From Leucoraja erinacea (lineage: Eukaryota), in assembly GCF_028641065.1 (NCBI RefSeq), contig NC_073382.1, positions 58,280,001-58,344,000 of the forward strand: a stretch of 64,000 nt of DNA. The letters run 5' to 3'. The first letter of the stretch is position 1, and each line of letters opens with the position of its first letter. Positions 24,468-38,873 of this stretch are shown piece by piece. The position numbers and the translations under genes were made by a program. Below the pieces are notes generated by a model. That model saw only the letters and a program-made list of their open reading frames with translations. It was not told the origin of the DNA and searched no databases.

Positions 24468-25367
24468 CAGAGCTGCCACGTTTTTGTCAGAGCATTTCAG
24501 TATTCTAGTACCTGAAGATCAGTATTTTGCTGCGGAAATCAGTATTTTTACGAAGTGCCATTTTGCTGAAAAATGTGTTATTTTTTGTGTGCGGTCATAC
24601 CCATGTAAGAGTACAAAATGCATAACTTTGCTACCAATGGACATGTCTTCTACGCACCTTACTTGACAGTGCATTCATTGCCATATCTTTGTATACTGCT
24701 GTTTGAACGGATGCTTCCTGCATTTAGCACGAGATGATGATGTATAAGCCATTTTGAAAGCCTCCCTCTCCCTCCTACCCTCCCTCTCTCTCCTCCTCCC
24801 CCTCCCTCTTTCACTCCCCCTCCCCTTTCCCCCCACCCTCCCTCTTTCCCTCCCACCTTCCCTCTCTCCTTCCTTTTTTCCTCCCCCCTCTCATATTCCC
24901 TCCGTCCTTCCCACTCCCTCTCTACTTCTCCTGCCCGAACAGTCTGTGACACATAGCGCTGTGGCCATAGCGCTCTGTGTAAACCCCACAGTGCTATGTG
25001 TAAAGTCCACAGCCCTATGTGTAAAGTCCACAGCCCTATGTGTAAAGGCAATAGTGCTCTAGCTGGTAGCCCCATAATTAGAACCCATAGTGTTAAACTG
25101 ACAACGCTGTTTAAACCTGTAGCGGGACAGGCAGATCAAAGCTTACAAAAATAACCATGCACATCTTGAAATTTAAAATACTAATAGATTTAATCCGCTA
25201 TAATTTTTATATCTAAATTACTTTTTATATCCTTGCATTTTTTAAGCAGCAAGATGAAACAGGAAGTCAGGCTGATTTTTAAAAAATCCGTATTTTACAA
25301 AGCAAATCCATACATCCGTATTCTGACCGCATTTCCGTACAAAATACAGTACTACTTAGCAGCTCTG
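24468..25367. mobile_element. Non-autonomous DNA transposon (hAT-like), 900 bp
   Basis: TIR CAGAGCTGCCA / TAGCAGCTCTG; GGTGCC duplicated at both flanks; subterminal atc(a/c)gta repeats. Confidence 0.75.
24960..25060. repeat. 21-bp minisatellite (cacagccctatgtgtaaagtc)~4 inside the DNA element
   Basis: Seen directly; preceded by polypyrimidine tract ~24760-24930. Confidence 0.85.
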
Positions 25368-26057
25368 GGTGCCCAGTACTGCAACAACACAGGATGAAGC
25401 TTAATCAATAATTGAGAAAACCTCAACGTAGCTCTCTGCTCTATTTAAAAAGCAATGGATTCTTACTTGTTTTTTAAAGTGCCAACTTTGCGTGCCACTT
25501 CAGAGATGCAGCTGTGAACTCCCAGATCTCCATTTTTAAACACAATTTAACTGCAGATTTTACCTTTTAAAATATATCAATATGTCACAAACGGCAAAGA
25601 AATTAACTAGTCATAAAATGGTGTTCTTTAAGGCTAATTATTTAACTAAAAAGCTACCAACAAATGCAACCCGCCATTTAATTGCATGATATGTCTGTAC
25701 TAGTTGTAAGGAATGTCCTACATCACCTTCAAACATGGATTATTGGGAAAAGTCATGTAATGAACCAACTTGGATGGAGACTTGACAATAGGTATTATCT
25801 AGGAGCATTTGGATATAAGAACTGAAGCATTCATGGTTTAGGGAGGCTTGCCAAATATGTGACGAGAATATTGTTGTTTTAATTTCTATCATTGCAAGAT
25901 TGATGAGAATTTTTTTTAAAACTTCATTTATTGAATTATGAATATGGATTTTTAATATTTTGATGCTCCCCTCTTATGGAATGTTGGGATGAAGGAGATT
26001 GTCTTGTCCAGATCAAATGAGAATTATATTCCAGTGAACAACATTAATTACTATTTA

Positions 26058-26330
<273 letters not shown>

Positions 26331-26639
26331 TTAGTTTGCATGATGTTGACATTACATCAATTTGCATGATGATGACTTTATTTCCATTTAGAACTCTCAC
26401 TGAAGCACAAAACTGCATCCTTACCAGTTGAACAACATTATGCTGTGTTCCAAATTGCATTCATATTAAATGACAGTTGATTTTTATACACTGCAGGTGT
26501 TTATTTTGTATTACAAGGAAGCATACATTCCCATAAAATGTATTTCATATTTGCAAGGGACCGCAAAAGTTCTGTGTACATTTTCTGAGGAAACAACTGC
26601 AGCCCAAATGGATTCTCGGACATTTGTAGCATTTCAGTG

Positions 26640-26890
26640 GTGGCAAGGTGGTGCAACAGTAGAGTTGTAGCCTCACCAGAGACCCGACTTTGATTCTGAC
26701 TATGGCCGCTATCTGTACTGAGTTTGTACGTTCTCCCAGTGACTGCGTGGGTTTCCATGGGTGCTCCGGTTTCCTCCCACCCTCCAAGGACGTACATGTT
26801 TGTAGGTGAATTGGCTTTGGTAAAAATTATAAATTGGCCTTAGTGTGCAGTGAGTGCTCATGTAACAGGGATCGCTAGTCAGCGCGGACA
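26640..26890 (+). mobile_element. tRNA-derived SINE (HE1-like)
   Basis: ggtggtgcaacagtagag head; gagtttgtacgttctccc core. Confidence 0.75.
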
Positions 26891-29029
26891 GAAGCAGCAG
26901 TACAGTACGCTCGCTAGTAGGCTTAGAATACGTTTTAAAAATATCTAAGCATTAATCTGATTTATTTGGAGTTCCTGTTATTTGACATTATCCGATAACC
27001 GTGCGATTCCTGGGAAACCAGTCAACGTAACCAACATAAAGTCTCTGAATGGAGTGGATTATGGGAACAAAAGGAATAGGCAGACCTACTGCAGAACACT
27101 TGAATTTTTGGTACATAAATACAGAAACTAACTACATTCCAGTCAAATCTGCAATTAACGCAGGTAGAGAAAATAATGACTACAAAGGATGCAGTTTGTA
27201 AAATTTAAAACAATTCATGTTTTTGGGTAGAGAAAGCGGAAACTAAATTTACCACTCAAATTCAAAAGGTTCACGCTCAAAGAAAGAATGAAAATCACAC
27301 GTTAATTAAAAAATACAAAACACCAGAGGCGATGAAGCAAATGTATTCTATTTTGTTCAGGGAAAAAATAGAATATAATTCCTACTCAAGCATTTAATTT
27401 TTATGAAACGGAAACTAGATCACAGCAAAAGACTAGGATTAATTTATGTGACTGGATAAAAACTGCACATTACTGAAATAGATGTGGGCTGGTTCTGCAA
27501 AATCCTATGAAAGGATCAGTGCAGTGTCATATGTACAGCCACGGGGGAAGTTAAAGGCGGTCTTCCCGAGCATAAACATTAAGCGGCAAGTATAATATAA
27601 AACCTGAAATGACATGCATTTTATCATAAATAATTTCCCGTGACTTATCATTTGGTTTCCTATTTTGATCTTTGGATAAGCCAGTCACACAGCTAAGAAG
27701 AAAATGACTGTGCACTGTGAGAACAATGATTATTCTGAAATAAATCTGCCCTGTTACCTACTAGGATCAACATAAGAATAGCTCAAAATCCAGCTAATTG
27801 TGAAATTGAATAAATTAAATGTGAAGGATGTAGTTGAATGACTGAATGAGTAGATTTTTCTCACTTCCTTCCACACTTATTTACAATTATTTACTATTGA
27901 TGTACATTATGGTGTACACAATTCTTATTTTCAAATTCCTATTATTGTCCAGGAAGAGCAGGGGTGTACATTATTTTCATTGATAACATTTATATCCTGT
28001 AATATTTTATATAAACCAGTAATCAATGAAAAAAAACATGCTTTTTATTTCCATTGGTCAGCAGGAATACAAGTAATTAACTTCATGTTGACAAAAAAAA
28101 CAAAGAGAAAGAAGGTAAAACTGGCTTTCAGGCTGGTCTCTTCAAGACAGTAAAGTTTAGGGTCAATTAGGTAACATGAAAAGAATGAGAGTAGCAATGC
28201 AGTGGTGATTTCTTTACAGCTATGTGACTACATAAGAAACTGCTAACATGTTATCCTTTTTAAAAATTTGCACTGAATAATTATCTAATTGCAAATCACA
28301 TCCAAGGTGGTTTGCCCTCTCATGCTGAGACAGAAGGAAACATATTTCGACAGCAGTCTCTCGGTTTTGAGGAAAAGCTTCCACAAACATTCTGCAAAAT
28401 TATCCATTTAAAGTAATTCACTAAGCCAAATGTTCAATTAATCAAAGCATGAATTTAATTATGGGGCGAGAAGATAAAAGGCGTAAACCCTGCCGCTTTC
28501 CATCGTATCTCATGTGCTTTGTTATATTTTTCCAATGACTGACATACAAGAAGATTAAAGAGAAATATCAAATGAATGTTTGGATATACTTTTATTTAAC
28601 CACTGGATTTATAGGAAATCTTGAATTGGAAAGCAAAAAATGATTTCAATCATAATAAAAAATTTACGCAATCACATAATAAACCAGTCTAATGGAAAAG
28701 CTCTGGTGACCGAGCAAGAATGGAAGTGGTTCCAGGGAAGAGGCATTCTTAACTATTCTGGAAGTTCGGAAGTTCAGAATAACCAATTAATGGTTCCCAC
28801 AGGTTCAGTGCAGAATGAAGTTACCTTTTGATATTAATTTAGAATCCAAAATAAAATTAAGGAGTGTTTATCTTTTTGCAATTCACCCCAGTCCGATTCT
28901 GCTTGAAATTGGAGCAATTTTAATTCATCAGCATTTCTCAGATTTATCATTTCATAAGGGGCTTCATCAGGAAAAGAAATTGGATTTTTATCCAATGTTT
29001 AGGTACATCAATACAGGACAATTACTTGT

Positions 29030-29215
29030 AGAAACAAAGAACTGCGGATGCTGGCTTACACAGAAGAACATAAAGTGCTGGAGTAACTCAGTGGGTCAGA
29101 CAGCATCCTGGAGAAAAAGGATAGGTTTGAAGAAGTATCCCAATGCGAAAAGCCTATCCTTTTTCTCCAGAGATGATGTCTAACCCGCTGAGTTACTCCA
29201 GCACGTTGTGTCTAT
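29030..29215. mobile_element. Palindromic Penelope terminal-repeat mini-element
   Basis: Arms 29075-29125 and 29153-29204 are reverse complements. Confidence 0.75.
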
Positions 29216-29828
29216 CGAAGGACAATTACCAGATGGAATGTAATTATTATTACTGTAAACTTTATGGACTTTCAATTAAAAAACAATATTTTTTAATTGA
29301 TGCTTAATTTTCATTGTGGCTTTTCATTCAACACATTTTTTGTTCATGAATAAATATAACCATCAAAACTATGTAGGAAGTAGATTTATTGGTCTATTTT
29401 TTTTATACTTGGCAACAATTTCCATCGTGAAATCCCATTTCTATGCAGTTAGATTTCAATATTTGCAAAATGTCAAAACCAAAACTACATATTTAATAAC
29501 ATTTTGCAAATAAAATCAAAAACAAGCATCTAAAATTTACATGGATCACCAAACAGGTGGGGAAAAGACAAAAAAAAATCTAGATTGCAAAGGAAATGTA
29601 CCATGGTTAAGGCACCAAAAATGAAACCCTGTTATTTAACCCGGTTATTGTGATGATGGTGAATTAATCAAATCAGCATTTTGAATTAATGTTGTGCAGA
29701 ATTCATTCCCATTCATGGCAGAGTTTCATCTTTGACCACTACAATGAGAAATGATGTACTGAGGAGACCTTGAACCAAATAATGCAATTATCATAGGCAA
29801 ACATTACCCTATGATGTGAAAGTACTTA

Positions 29829-29948
<120 letters not shown>

Positions 29949-30389
29949 TTAATGCAACTCAAAATGGAAACAAATGCTTCATTCTAGGCTTATCTGTTAA
30001 TCTTCCCATCTTTCTGCCATCTTCTATCATTTAACTTCTAATTCAAATCCAGCAAAGGCACAATGTTTTTGAGGGAAGGCTGGATTTATGATCCAAAGCT
30101 GTGGTGCATAAACAGAGATCGGTATTTTTGGTCTCTTCCCTACCCTGTCAACAATACTTCACTGCCTCGTTCCATCCAGATCACATCTCCTGTGTTTTGT
30201 TATATTTTTCCAATGACATTGATATTTCAAAAGACTAAAGAGAAAAAAAGGTTTTTTACTTGAATGGTCCATTCTTAAACCGAGTCACTTGGACCCTGTA
30301 GAACTCAGATGATGTACGTGTGTTGTGCACCTTGGGATCAGTGCAGGAGCAGATGTTTCATTGGATTTTCCTTTGACCAATCGCATTAA

Positions 30390-31292
30390 TCATAGTTATA
30401 CAACACAGAAACAGGCCCTTCGACACCAACCAAGATGCCCCATCTACACTCGTCCCACCTGCTTTCATGTGTGCCCTTATCCCACTAACCATCTCCTATC
30501 AATGTACCGGTACAAATTATTTTAACTGGTTTGGTACCTGCCTCAACTACCTCCCCTGGCAACTCATTCCATATATGTGAAATAATTGCCCCTCAGGTTC
30601 TTATTAAATCTTTCCCCTCTGACCTTAAACTATGTCCTCTGGTTCTTGATTCTGTAATTGGGGGAAACAACTTGGTGGATTCACCCTATTTATTCCCTGC
30701 ATGAGACATAAGGAAGTGCAAATGTTGGCATCCTGAGCAAAACACAAAGTGCTGTAATAACTCAGCTGGTCTGGCAACATCAGTGGAGGGAATGGATAGG
30801 TGATGTTTCAGATTGTGACCCTTCTTTAGACTGATTGTAGTTGGCTGAGAAAACTGGAAAAGGGAGATGAGGGCAGGGCAAAGCCTGGCAAGTGATAAGA
30901 CCAAAAAGCTAACACCAGCGATGCAGTTTCTATCGCAATGTTTAAGAAACATTTAAACAGGAACATGAATAGCTTAGGTTTAAAGGGAAATGGGCCAAAC
31001 ACAAGCAGGTGGGACCAGTGTAGATATGTTGGTCGGTGTGGCCAGGTTGGGCTGAAGGGCCTGTTTCCACACTGTATGACTCTATAACCATGAGAAGTAG
31101 AACCTTAGGGACTGTGGGCCAGCAGCAAATGAAACCAAACCTTGTAGGGCCGCAAGAATGATGAGTCAAGGTGGGCACCGAAACTGGATATAAAAAGATA
31201 CAAAATGCTGGAGTAACTCTAGCGGGTCAGGCAGCATTTCAGGAGAACATGGATAGGTATGAATTCAGGTTGGGATCGTTCTTCAGACTGGA
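30390..31292. mobile_element. Mixed CR1 3' ends (- then +) and Penelope terminal-repeat fragments
   Basis: CR1 3' UTR motifs at 30390-30690 (-) and 30915-31090 (+); terminal-repeat motifs at 30700-30900 and 31195-31292. Confidence 0.6.
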
Positions 31293-33479
31293 CACTCAAA
31301 CCCCTTGGAGCAGTGAGTGGAGGCAGGCCAGACAGGCTGATTCCATGGGCTGATTGACTCCCTCCCCTATGTTGCATATTGTACACTTCATTATCAGAGT
31401 TACTGCTTATCGAAAAGAAAGTCTCATTTATGTTTGAGTATGTCTTAGCCAGTAGGCTCAGTTGATTCCACTAAAAATTGTGTCAACACCCCAATGATAA
31501 TAAACAATGAAACAGAAATATATTCTCCCTCACCTCACCTCACAGCGACTTAAGTTTAAAAATGATTTAGCCTTTAACTGACAATTACATTCAGTCTGGA
31601 AAACAATTAAAGTACCCAAATTACAAAGCATGATTTGTTCTTTTTTTAAGCTATTGCCGGGTATATGAAAACATTATTTTAACAAATATCTAATTTAAGC
31701 TTTGCAAGTTATCCATGCTATTTTGACACGAGCAAGAAGGTAACAAATGCTAGTCCTATCCAGTAATACGATCTGACAGGAGAGTTTGGCGTATCAAATG
31801 AACAATAATGAATCATTCAATTTACTGATTATTTATTCTTTTGTAATTGAACTGAAAAGTTGTTATAGAATAACACATGAAGTGGGTATATTTTTGTATA
31901 TAAAATATATTTATCATAGAGAATCACATGCTGTAAGCACTCAGCCTTCTGAAAGAGACAAAATTAATGAGTTTGGCTCAAAATGCTAATTCTGTTTCTC
32001 TTCCCGCAGAGCTGCTTGACCAGCTGAGTGTTTCCAGCAATTTAATTTTAGATTTCCAGCATCTACAATTCTTTTAATTTTCAAATACCTTCATAGATCT
32101 GCAGAGAGAATACAAATGAAAGTGTAATGAATCATAATCAAGTTCCAGGTTAAAAAGCAGATTCACAATATTGTTGTTGCGTGAGGCAGGTCAATGTGGG
32201 AGGTTGTTCAACACATCTTAGCTACTGTGATTATATCAGTGTCCAAAATTGAAACTTGAATCTCTTGAATGTTGAATGAAAGCCTGACCCACTGAGTTGC
32301 TCCAGCATTGTGTCTATTTTGACTGCTGAAAGTACTTTGTGCCATGTTATTCCTGATATTTGGATAAATTGTTACTTTCACCAATTTTAACAAATACAGA
32401 TGGTTCTCATTTCCTCAACATGACTGGATATAATGTTATTGATGAACATTATTTCTGCAGGCCTAATTGGTTATTCCAAAGTAAATTGTGCAATTTCAAT
32501 CAGGTACTAGAGAGTCACTTGAAACGTATTTTGGAAATTGACAAGCAGATAAAAAAGCTGTATTGGAAAAGAAAACTGTTCTGTTTAGCATCCCTGCTGT
32601 AATCAGACAACATTGTCTCTCGAGAACAGACGCTGCTTTCACTGCAGGGGGCCATTGAAATTAAGTGACTGCTCCTATTGACACTTGTTCATTATTACTC
32701 AATGTAGCATTCAGCCTTTAGTATGTTTAGCTTGTGGTAACAAAAATAAACTTAGTTTAAAAACCTTTATTTTTGAAAATCCAGCGAGGGAAACTTTGTT
32801 CCTGTGAGTCTGAAACTCTCCAATCCCCTAAACACTCTTATCACTGACAATGACAATTAAAATTGAATCTGAATCTGAAATTGAATCTGAATCCCCATTG
32901 ACGATTGTTTTTATAATGCAATGTTTCAAAACATAAGGTTTCTAAGGAATGCAACTATCATATTATAGCAGAACTACCTTTGTATCCTTGCACAAATATC
33001 ACAAATACGTTGCTTTGAAACAACGGCTTCAGATTTACGTCACCTATGCTCATTTACATCTAATATAACGCTGCATCTGTGGCCATGCTGAAAGACTAGC
33101 TTTTGCCTTCATCTCTGATTATTAAATATAAGAGAATTGGCTCCATTCTCTTCTAATTTGAATCCCCTTTCTGTGGTTCAAACAACAAAACTGAACAGCA
33201 TTCAGTACAAGATATGAACAATGCAGTTTTAGTATAATACTCTGATTTATATGCAATTTATAATATTCTATTTGCTATGCTGATCACTCCATGTGATATG
33301 ACATTAAGAGATTAATTAAACATCACAAACCCCTTTGCACTTCATCATTTGCTAATTCCCACACCATCAACATTGTATTTGTGTCATCCACTTTTCCTTT
33401 ATCATTGAATGTTTTAGCAGTTGGCTGTATGCAATTTTCTACAGCAATAATTTGTCCATTTACCAGTCTTGTTCAACTG

Positions 33480-33880
33480 ATGGATTGGATCAATTGGGCT
33501 TGTATTCACTGGAATTTAGAAGGATGAGAGACAGGCTAGGTGCAGGAAAAATGTTCCCGATGTTGGGGGAGTCCAAAACCACGGGTCACAGTTTAAGGAT
33601 AAGGGATAGGCCATTTAGGACTGAGATGTGGAAAAATCTTTTTCTTCCAGAGAGTTGTGAATCTGTGGAATTCTCTGCCACAGAAGGCAATGGAGGCTAA
33701 TTCACTGTATGTTTTCAAGAGAGAGTTCGATATAGCTCGAGGACAACAGAATCAAGGGATATGGGGAAAAGCAGGAACGGGGTACTGATTTTAGATGATT
33801 AGCAATGATCATATTGAAAGGCGGTGCTTGCTCGAAGGGCCGAATGGCCTACTCCTGCACCTATTTTTCTATGTTTCTAA
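33480..33880 (+). mobile_element. CR1 3' fragment
   Basis: LGLYSLEFRRMR...GHSLRI; standard 3' end. Confidence 0.88.
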
Positions 33881-34070
33881 CTGCTTTTGCAGTTATTACT
33901 GAAAGACTGTTTTGAGAACTTTGCCAAACTCAAAATTTAGAATTCAGACAGGAAGATAAAATGTCATGCCATAGGCTGGCTGGATTCATGTTTTGGCACC
34001 ATTAATACAACATTTTAATCAAGAAATTGCCCATTTAAATATATGTTACATGTTTCATGATATTACTTAC

Positions 34071-34125
34071 GAGGTGCTCCTTCTGCCATTTCAATAGCCG
34101 TGATCCCTAATGACCACAAGTCACT
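34071..34125 (-). CDS. MAP4K4: MAP4K4 exon ~8 (55 nt)
   Basis: cag|SDLWSLGITAIEMAEGAP(P)|gtaag. Confidence 0.95.
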
Positions 34126-34349
34126 CTGTGAAAACAGTTAATTTTTCATTCTAATGTGGCAAAATATGGCAATGTAACACAATTCTATTTTGATATACGT
34201 GAAAATAATGTCAGGTCAAATGACGAATAGAAATCAAAAAGATACAGATTAATTCCTGGAATACAGTGAATGCAATGAAGATTGAGCAAAAGGCTGTCTG
34301 CAACATGGGTGCAAGTGCACTGAAAATATTGAAATGTCTTGTAATTGCT

Positions 34350-34765
34350 TAGTTTAGGTTATTAATGTCATGTACTACGGTATAGTAAAAAGCTTTGGTT
34401 TGTGATCTACAGTCAAAAGGATTATACATGGTTACAATCAAGCCTCCCTTAGTGCACAGATGAAGGATTAAGGTGCATGGTCAAGTTTGATAAAATCCGA
34501 TTAATTATAGTTCAAAGGTTTCCAATGAGATAGATGGGAGGTCAGGACCACACTCCAACTGGTGAGAGGACCATTCAGTTGCCTGGTAACAACTGGGAAG
34601 AAACTGTCGCTGAATCTGGAGGTATGTGTTTTCAAACTTCTGGACCTCTTGCCTGATGGGACAAGGGAGAAAAGGGAGTGACCAGGGTAAGACCAATTCA
34701 TGTTTATGCTGGCAGCCTTACCGAGGCAGCGGGAAGTGTAGATGAAATCAATGGAGGGGAAACGC
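34350..34765 (-). mobile_element. Rex1/Babar-type LINE 3' fragment
   Basis: PGHSLFSLVPSGKRSRSLKTHTSRFSDSFFP, Rex1 C-terminal motif. Confidence 0.7.
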
Positions 34766-35042
34766 ATGTCATTCTAGTAACTGGTGAAATTCATATAGTA
34801 TCAAGCACAGAAAAAACCTGCATGATCTCATCCAGAAAATGTTAATGCCAATCAAGAACAATAAAAAAACAAAAAAAAATGGAAAGCCTTCGAAAGAGTG
34901 GTTTGTCACAATGATCTGTGGTGTTTTCTTGAATCATTTGAGTATAGACACAAAAGAGTAGTTAATATCTGAAGATATATTTAAACTGGAAGTATGGTAA
35001 ATTGTGGATAAGAATGCAGAAAGTAAAGAACAGGCAAACAGA

Positions 35043-35420
35043 TGGATGAGAGGCAATCTTATTGAAACAGATAAGATTATTAAGGGTTTGGACACACTAG
35101 AGGCAGGAAACATGTTCCCAATGTTGGGGGAGTCCAGAACCAGGGGACAGTGTTTAAGAATAAGTGTTAAGCCATCTGCAACGGAGATGAGGAAAAACCT
35201 TTTCACCCAGACAGTTGTGAGTCTGTGGAATTCTCTGCCTCACAGGGCGATGGAGGCTGGTTCTCTGGATGCTTTCAAGAGAGAGTTAGATAGAGCTTTT
35301 AGGGATAGAGTTAAGGGATATGGAGAGAAGGCATGAACGGGGTACTGATTGTGGATCACATTGAATGGTGGTGCTGGCTCGAAGGGCCGAATGGCCTACT
35401 CCTGCATCTATTGTCTATTG
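35043..35420 (+). mobile_element. CR1 3' fragment
   Basis: MRGNLIET...LWNSLP; attgtctattg tail. Confidence 0.88.
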
Positions 35421-36984
35421 ATACAATTTAGTGCAGGGAAGTATGAAACAATACTGAGAAAAAATCTAGAAGTTATTTTTTTAGAAGAAGGTTAGCTATG
35501 GTCAACCACATGTATTTCTGTTCAAATTTTAAATGGAAGATATTGTAAGGAAATAGCTCTATGTAAATCTAATGGAATTAGAACACCCATGAAAGGATAG
35601 TTATATAAAGATTGTTCCAGTGGGAAAACAAAGTAACGGTTAAGGGGATTCTAACAAAGATATATTAGATTTTGTATAATGCAAGAGGCTTTTGCCCATG
35701 TTTGGCAAATTGACATCAGGATATATGAGATTATCTTAAGGGGAATGAGGAACTAAGAAAGTATTATGTAAATTAATTTATTGGAACACGAAATGTGTTG
35801 CTGCATATACCTACTGAAGCAGAGATTATAATGCTCTTTAAAAAGAAATTGAATATATTGAAAAAATATGTGATTGAGAAAATATTAGGATATACTGTTA
35901 AAAAAACAGCAAGTGAAATAGAAATACATAAACTTCAAGTAAAGCATTTACATCTTCAAGTGCATGGTTTGACTGAGCAGTCATCTGCAGAACAGATCAC
36001 ACTTTTTATTTAAAGATTGGACAGACCTGTTTTGAAGAAGTTATTGTGGCTGAAAATTGAGTTAAAATAATGGTTAGTTCAAAAATAGTCCATGTTAATA
36101 AAAAGGGATCAGGTTAACTTTCTTATACTTAAAACAGCAAGGACCACAATTCTGCATGAAGTATACCTCAGCATGTTGCATCAATTAAAACATCAATATG
36201 AGGTTATTTTTCCATTTTCCCCGACTTTCCTCTTTTAACCCCTCTGCTCTGCTGTGGGATCAATGTAAATTTCACTTTAAACCATATCATATTTCATCAT
36301 TAAAAAATGGTGGCTCCAATGAAAGATTTTGCAAAAATATCATTTAAAATAGGTATAAACCCACAATTCGAAAAATTTTGGTAAACCAATTAGCAATTAT
36401 GCTCCGTTATTTTAATTAGGCATTGAGGGAGTTCAAGTGGAATTGTAAGGATTAAAAAGACAATTTTTGAAAATATATCATGTTTGGATTTGAATGCAAA
36501 GTAGAAAAGCATAAATGGAAAATTAAAAAAACTTTTGCAAAACAGTCATTGTAAGTTGATAAGGTATTATCAGAGTGAGGGAAAACAAGGGTGAGAATTT
36601 CTTAAGATAGACACAAAAAGCTGGAGTAACTCAGTGGGACAGGCAGCATCTCTGAAGAGAAGGAATGGGTGATTTCAGGTCGAGACCTTTCTTGACCTTC
36701 AAGGTATCGCTTCAACTGGATGCCAACACAAGTGGCAAATGATGTTGAGAGAGATTGGCATGGGTTAGGACACAGGCAGCAGAGTTTTAGATGAACACAA
36801 GGTCATAAAGCATCATATCATCAGTTGCAAAGAAGCTTGCAAGTTTTACTTTTCAGAGAAAACCTGCGAAAGCAGTAGATTAGAAGGGGGGGTAAAAAAA
36901 ACTATATTATCGTCCCCAATCACTACACATTTGCTTCCCACAGAGCAGAATGCATGCAGACAAGACAAAATGAGAAGCGAGGCA

Positions 36985-37706
36985 CATCCGAGTGGTGCTA
37001 CTGGCAGTGGCTGCATCGCCAACAGTCTGCCTGTCCTTTCTTCTGTTTGTTATTTTGGTATGTGTTAAAAAGTATGTTTTAGTGTTCCTTGGTTTGTTTT
37101 ATGTGGGGGGGTGGTGGGCTGAGGGAAACTTTTTTTCAATCACTTGCATCGACAAGTGATTGAAAATTTCCATATCGCATCTCAATCCCCACTGCGGCCT
37201 AACATCGCGGAATTGGCGGCCTTTCCTGGAGACATAATGGGCGCTCCAAGCCGCGGGAGACTGCGGGGCTTTAACATTGCGGATCTTGTGATCCCTTTGC
37301 CGGGGATCAAAGTTCCAACCGCGGGGCCTGTGGACTTTAACATCGTGAAGCCCACGGTCTCTGGTAAAAAGTGGCCGATTCAGAAGCTCCATGCCGCGGA
37401 GAGAGTTTCAACCACCCCCTACGGGAGTTTCGATCACCCCGATAGGGGGTTCGATTGTCGGCTGCAGGGGCTTTGATCACCCCAACTGCGGATAGTTTGA
37501 CTGCCCCGAGAGAACAAAGAGGAAGAAGCTTGAACTTTATTGCCTTCCATCACAGTGAGGAATGTGGAATCCACTGTGGTGGATGTTTGTTAACTTTTCT
37601 GTGGTTGTGTGTCTTGTTGCTTTTCACTTATTATGGCTATATGGTAACTCAAATTTCACTGTACCTTAAATGATACGTGACAATAAACTGACCTTGAAAC
37701 CTTGAA
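36985..37706 (+). mobile_element. GC-rich non-autonomous retroelement, copy 2
   Basis: Same block order as 7160-8033; GCCTTCCATCACAGTG hairpin; atttcactgtac...gtgacaataaa plus (ccttgaaa)n. Confidence 0.72.
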
Positions 37707-38214
37707 GAACCGGCAGATGCTGGAACCTTGCTCAAAGCACCAGGATTTTCCTACCACCCACATTCCCTCCTTCCCAGCTTTATATTTCTCTCCTCTTTTT
37801 ATCTGTCCTCTTTTCATCTCTAATCTTTGTCACATACTCCACCCTTCAGCCAGTATCTACCCATCACTTGCCAGGCTCTATCCCACCCCCCACCTCTCTT
37901 TTCCAGCTTTCGCCCCACTCGTCCATATCACTGATAAAGACTCCCAATCTGAAACATCCCCTATTCATTCTCTCCGCAGATGCTGTCTGACCCGCTGAGT
38001 TCCTCCAGCACTTTGTGATTAAATGAGAAGCGAATTTGGCTTGGCCCTGATGTTACCGCAATATTCACCAGAGAGGTCTACTGAGGCTTGTGCTGAACTT
38101 ATACATATGGCCATATGTGGACACCAACATCTGGACTCGCAGATGAATGGTGATTATTGGATATGCATGATGTTAGAATATTACAGGACAAAAAATTCAA
38201 AGCATAGCTAGCAT

Positions 38215-38395
38215 TAGTTTACGTTGGTTTAGAGATACAGTGCAAAAACAGGTCCTTCGGCCTACCCAGTCCACGCCGACCAATGATCCCCAAACACTAA
38301 CACTATCCTATACATTGGAGAGAATGTACAAACTCCATTTAGACAAGCACGCCTAGTCCGGGTCCCTAGCGCTGTAAGGCAGAATTGTGCCACCC
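38215..38395 (-). mobile_element. HE1-like SINE (internally deleted)
   Basis: tttagagatacag...gtacaaactcc...gcgctgtaaggcag. Confidence 0.65.
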
Positions 38396-38672
38396 CAATT
38401 TCATTTCATTTTTCCCCATTGTTTATCTTTGAGTAAGTAAATGAAACAACCCCATTTTTGGTAAAATTCATGGCATTCAGTAAGCATTTTGCTGATGGTC
38501 CACCATGACTGAAAAAAATGTATTTTATCACCTGTTACCTGCAAATAAAAGGATAATTGACTGCATAAAATGATCATCATGTTTTTTTTATAAATAGTGG
38601 GTGAATGAATGAGAGAAAATTGAATTTTAAGAATTTTCAAGACAATACCAATTCGGAAAGTGTTGAAATCTA

Positions 38673-38873
<201 letters not shown>

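Noticed and set aside
24960-25060. CRISPR-like repeat
   Set aside because: Tandem minisatellite without spacers, in eukaryotic DNA.
26336-26405. Twin tttgcatgatg (RBFOX sites or C/D snoRNA box C)
   Set aside because: On the non-transcribed strand, and too short to the nearest CTGA.
28300-28560. Possible conserved non-coding enhancers (also ~32540-32680)
   Set aside because: Non-repetitive appearance only; cannot be supported without alignments.
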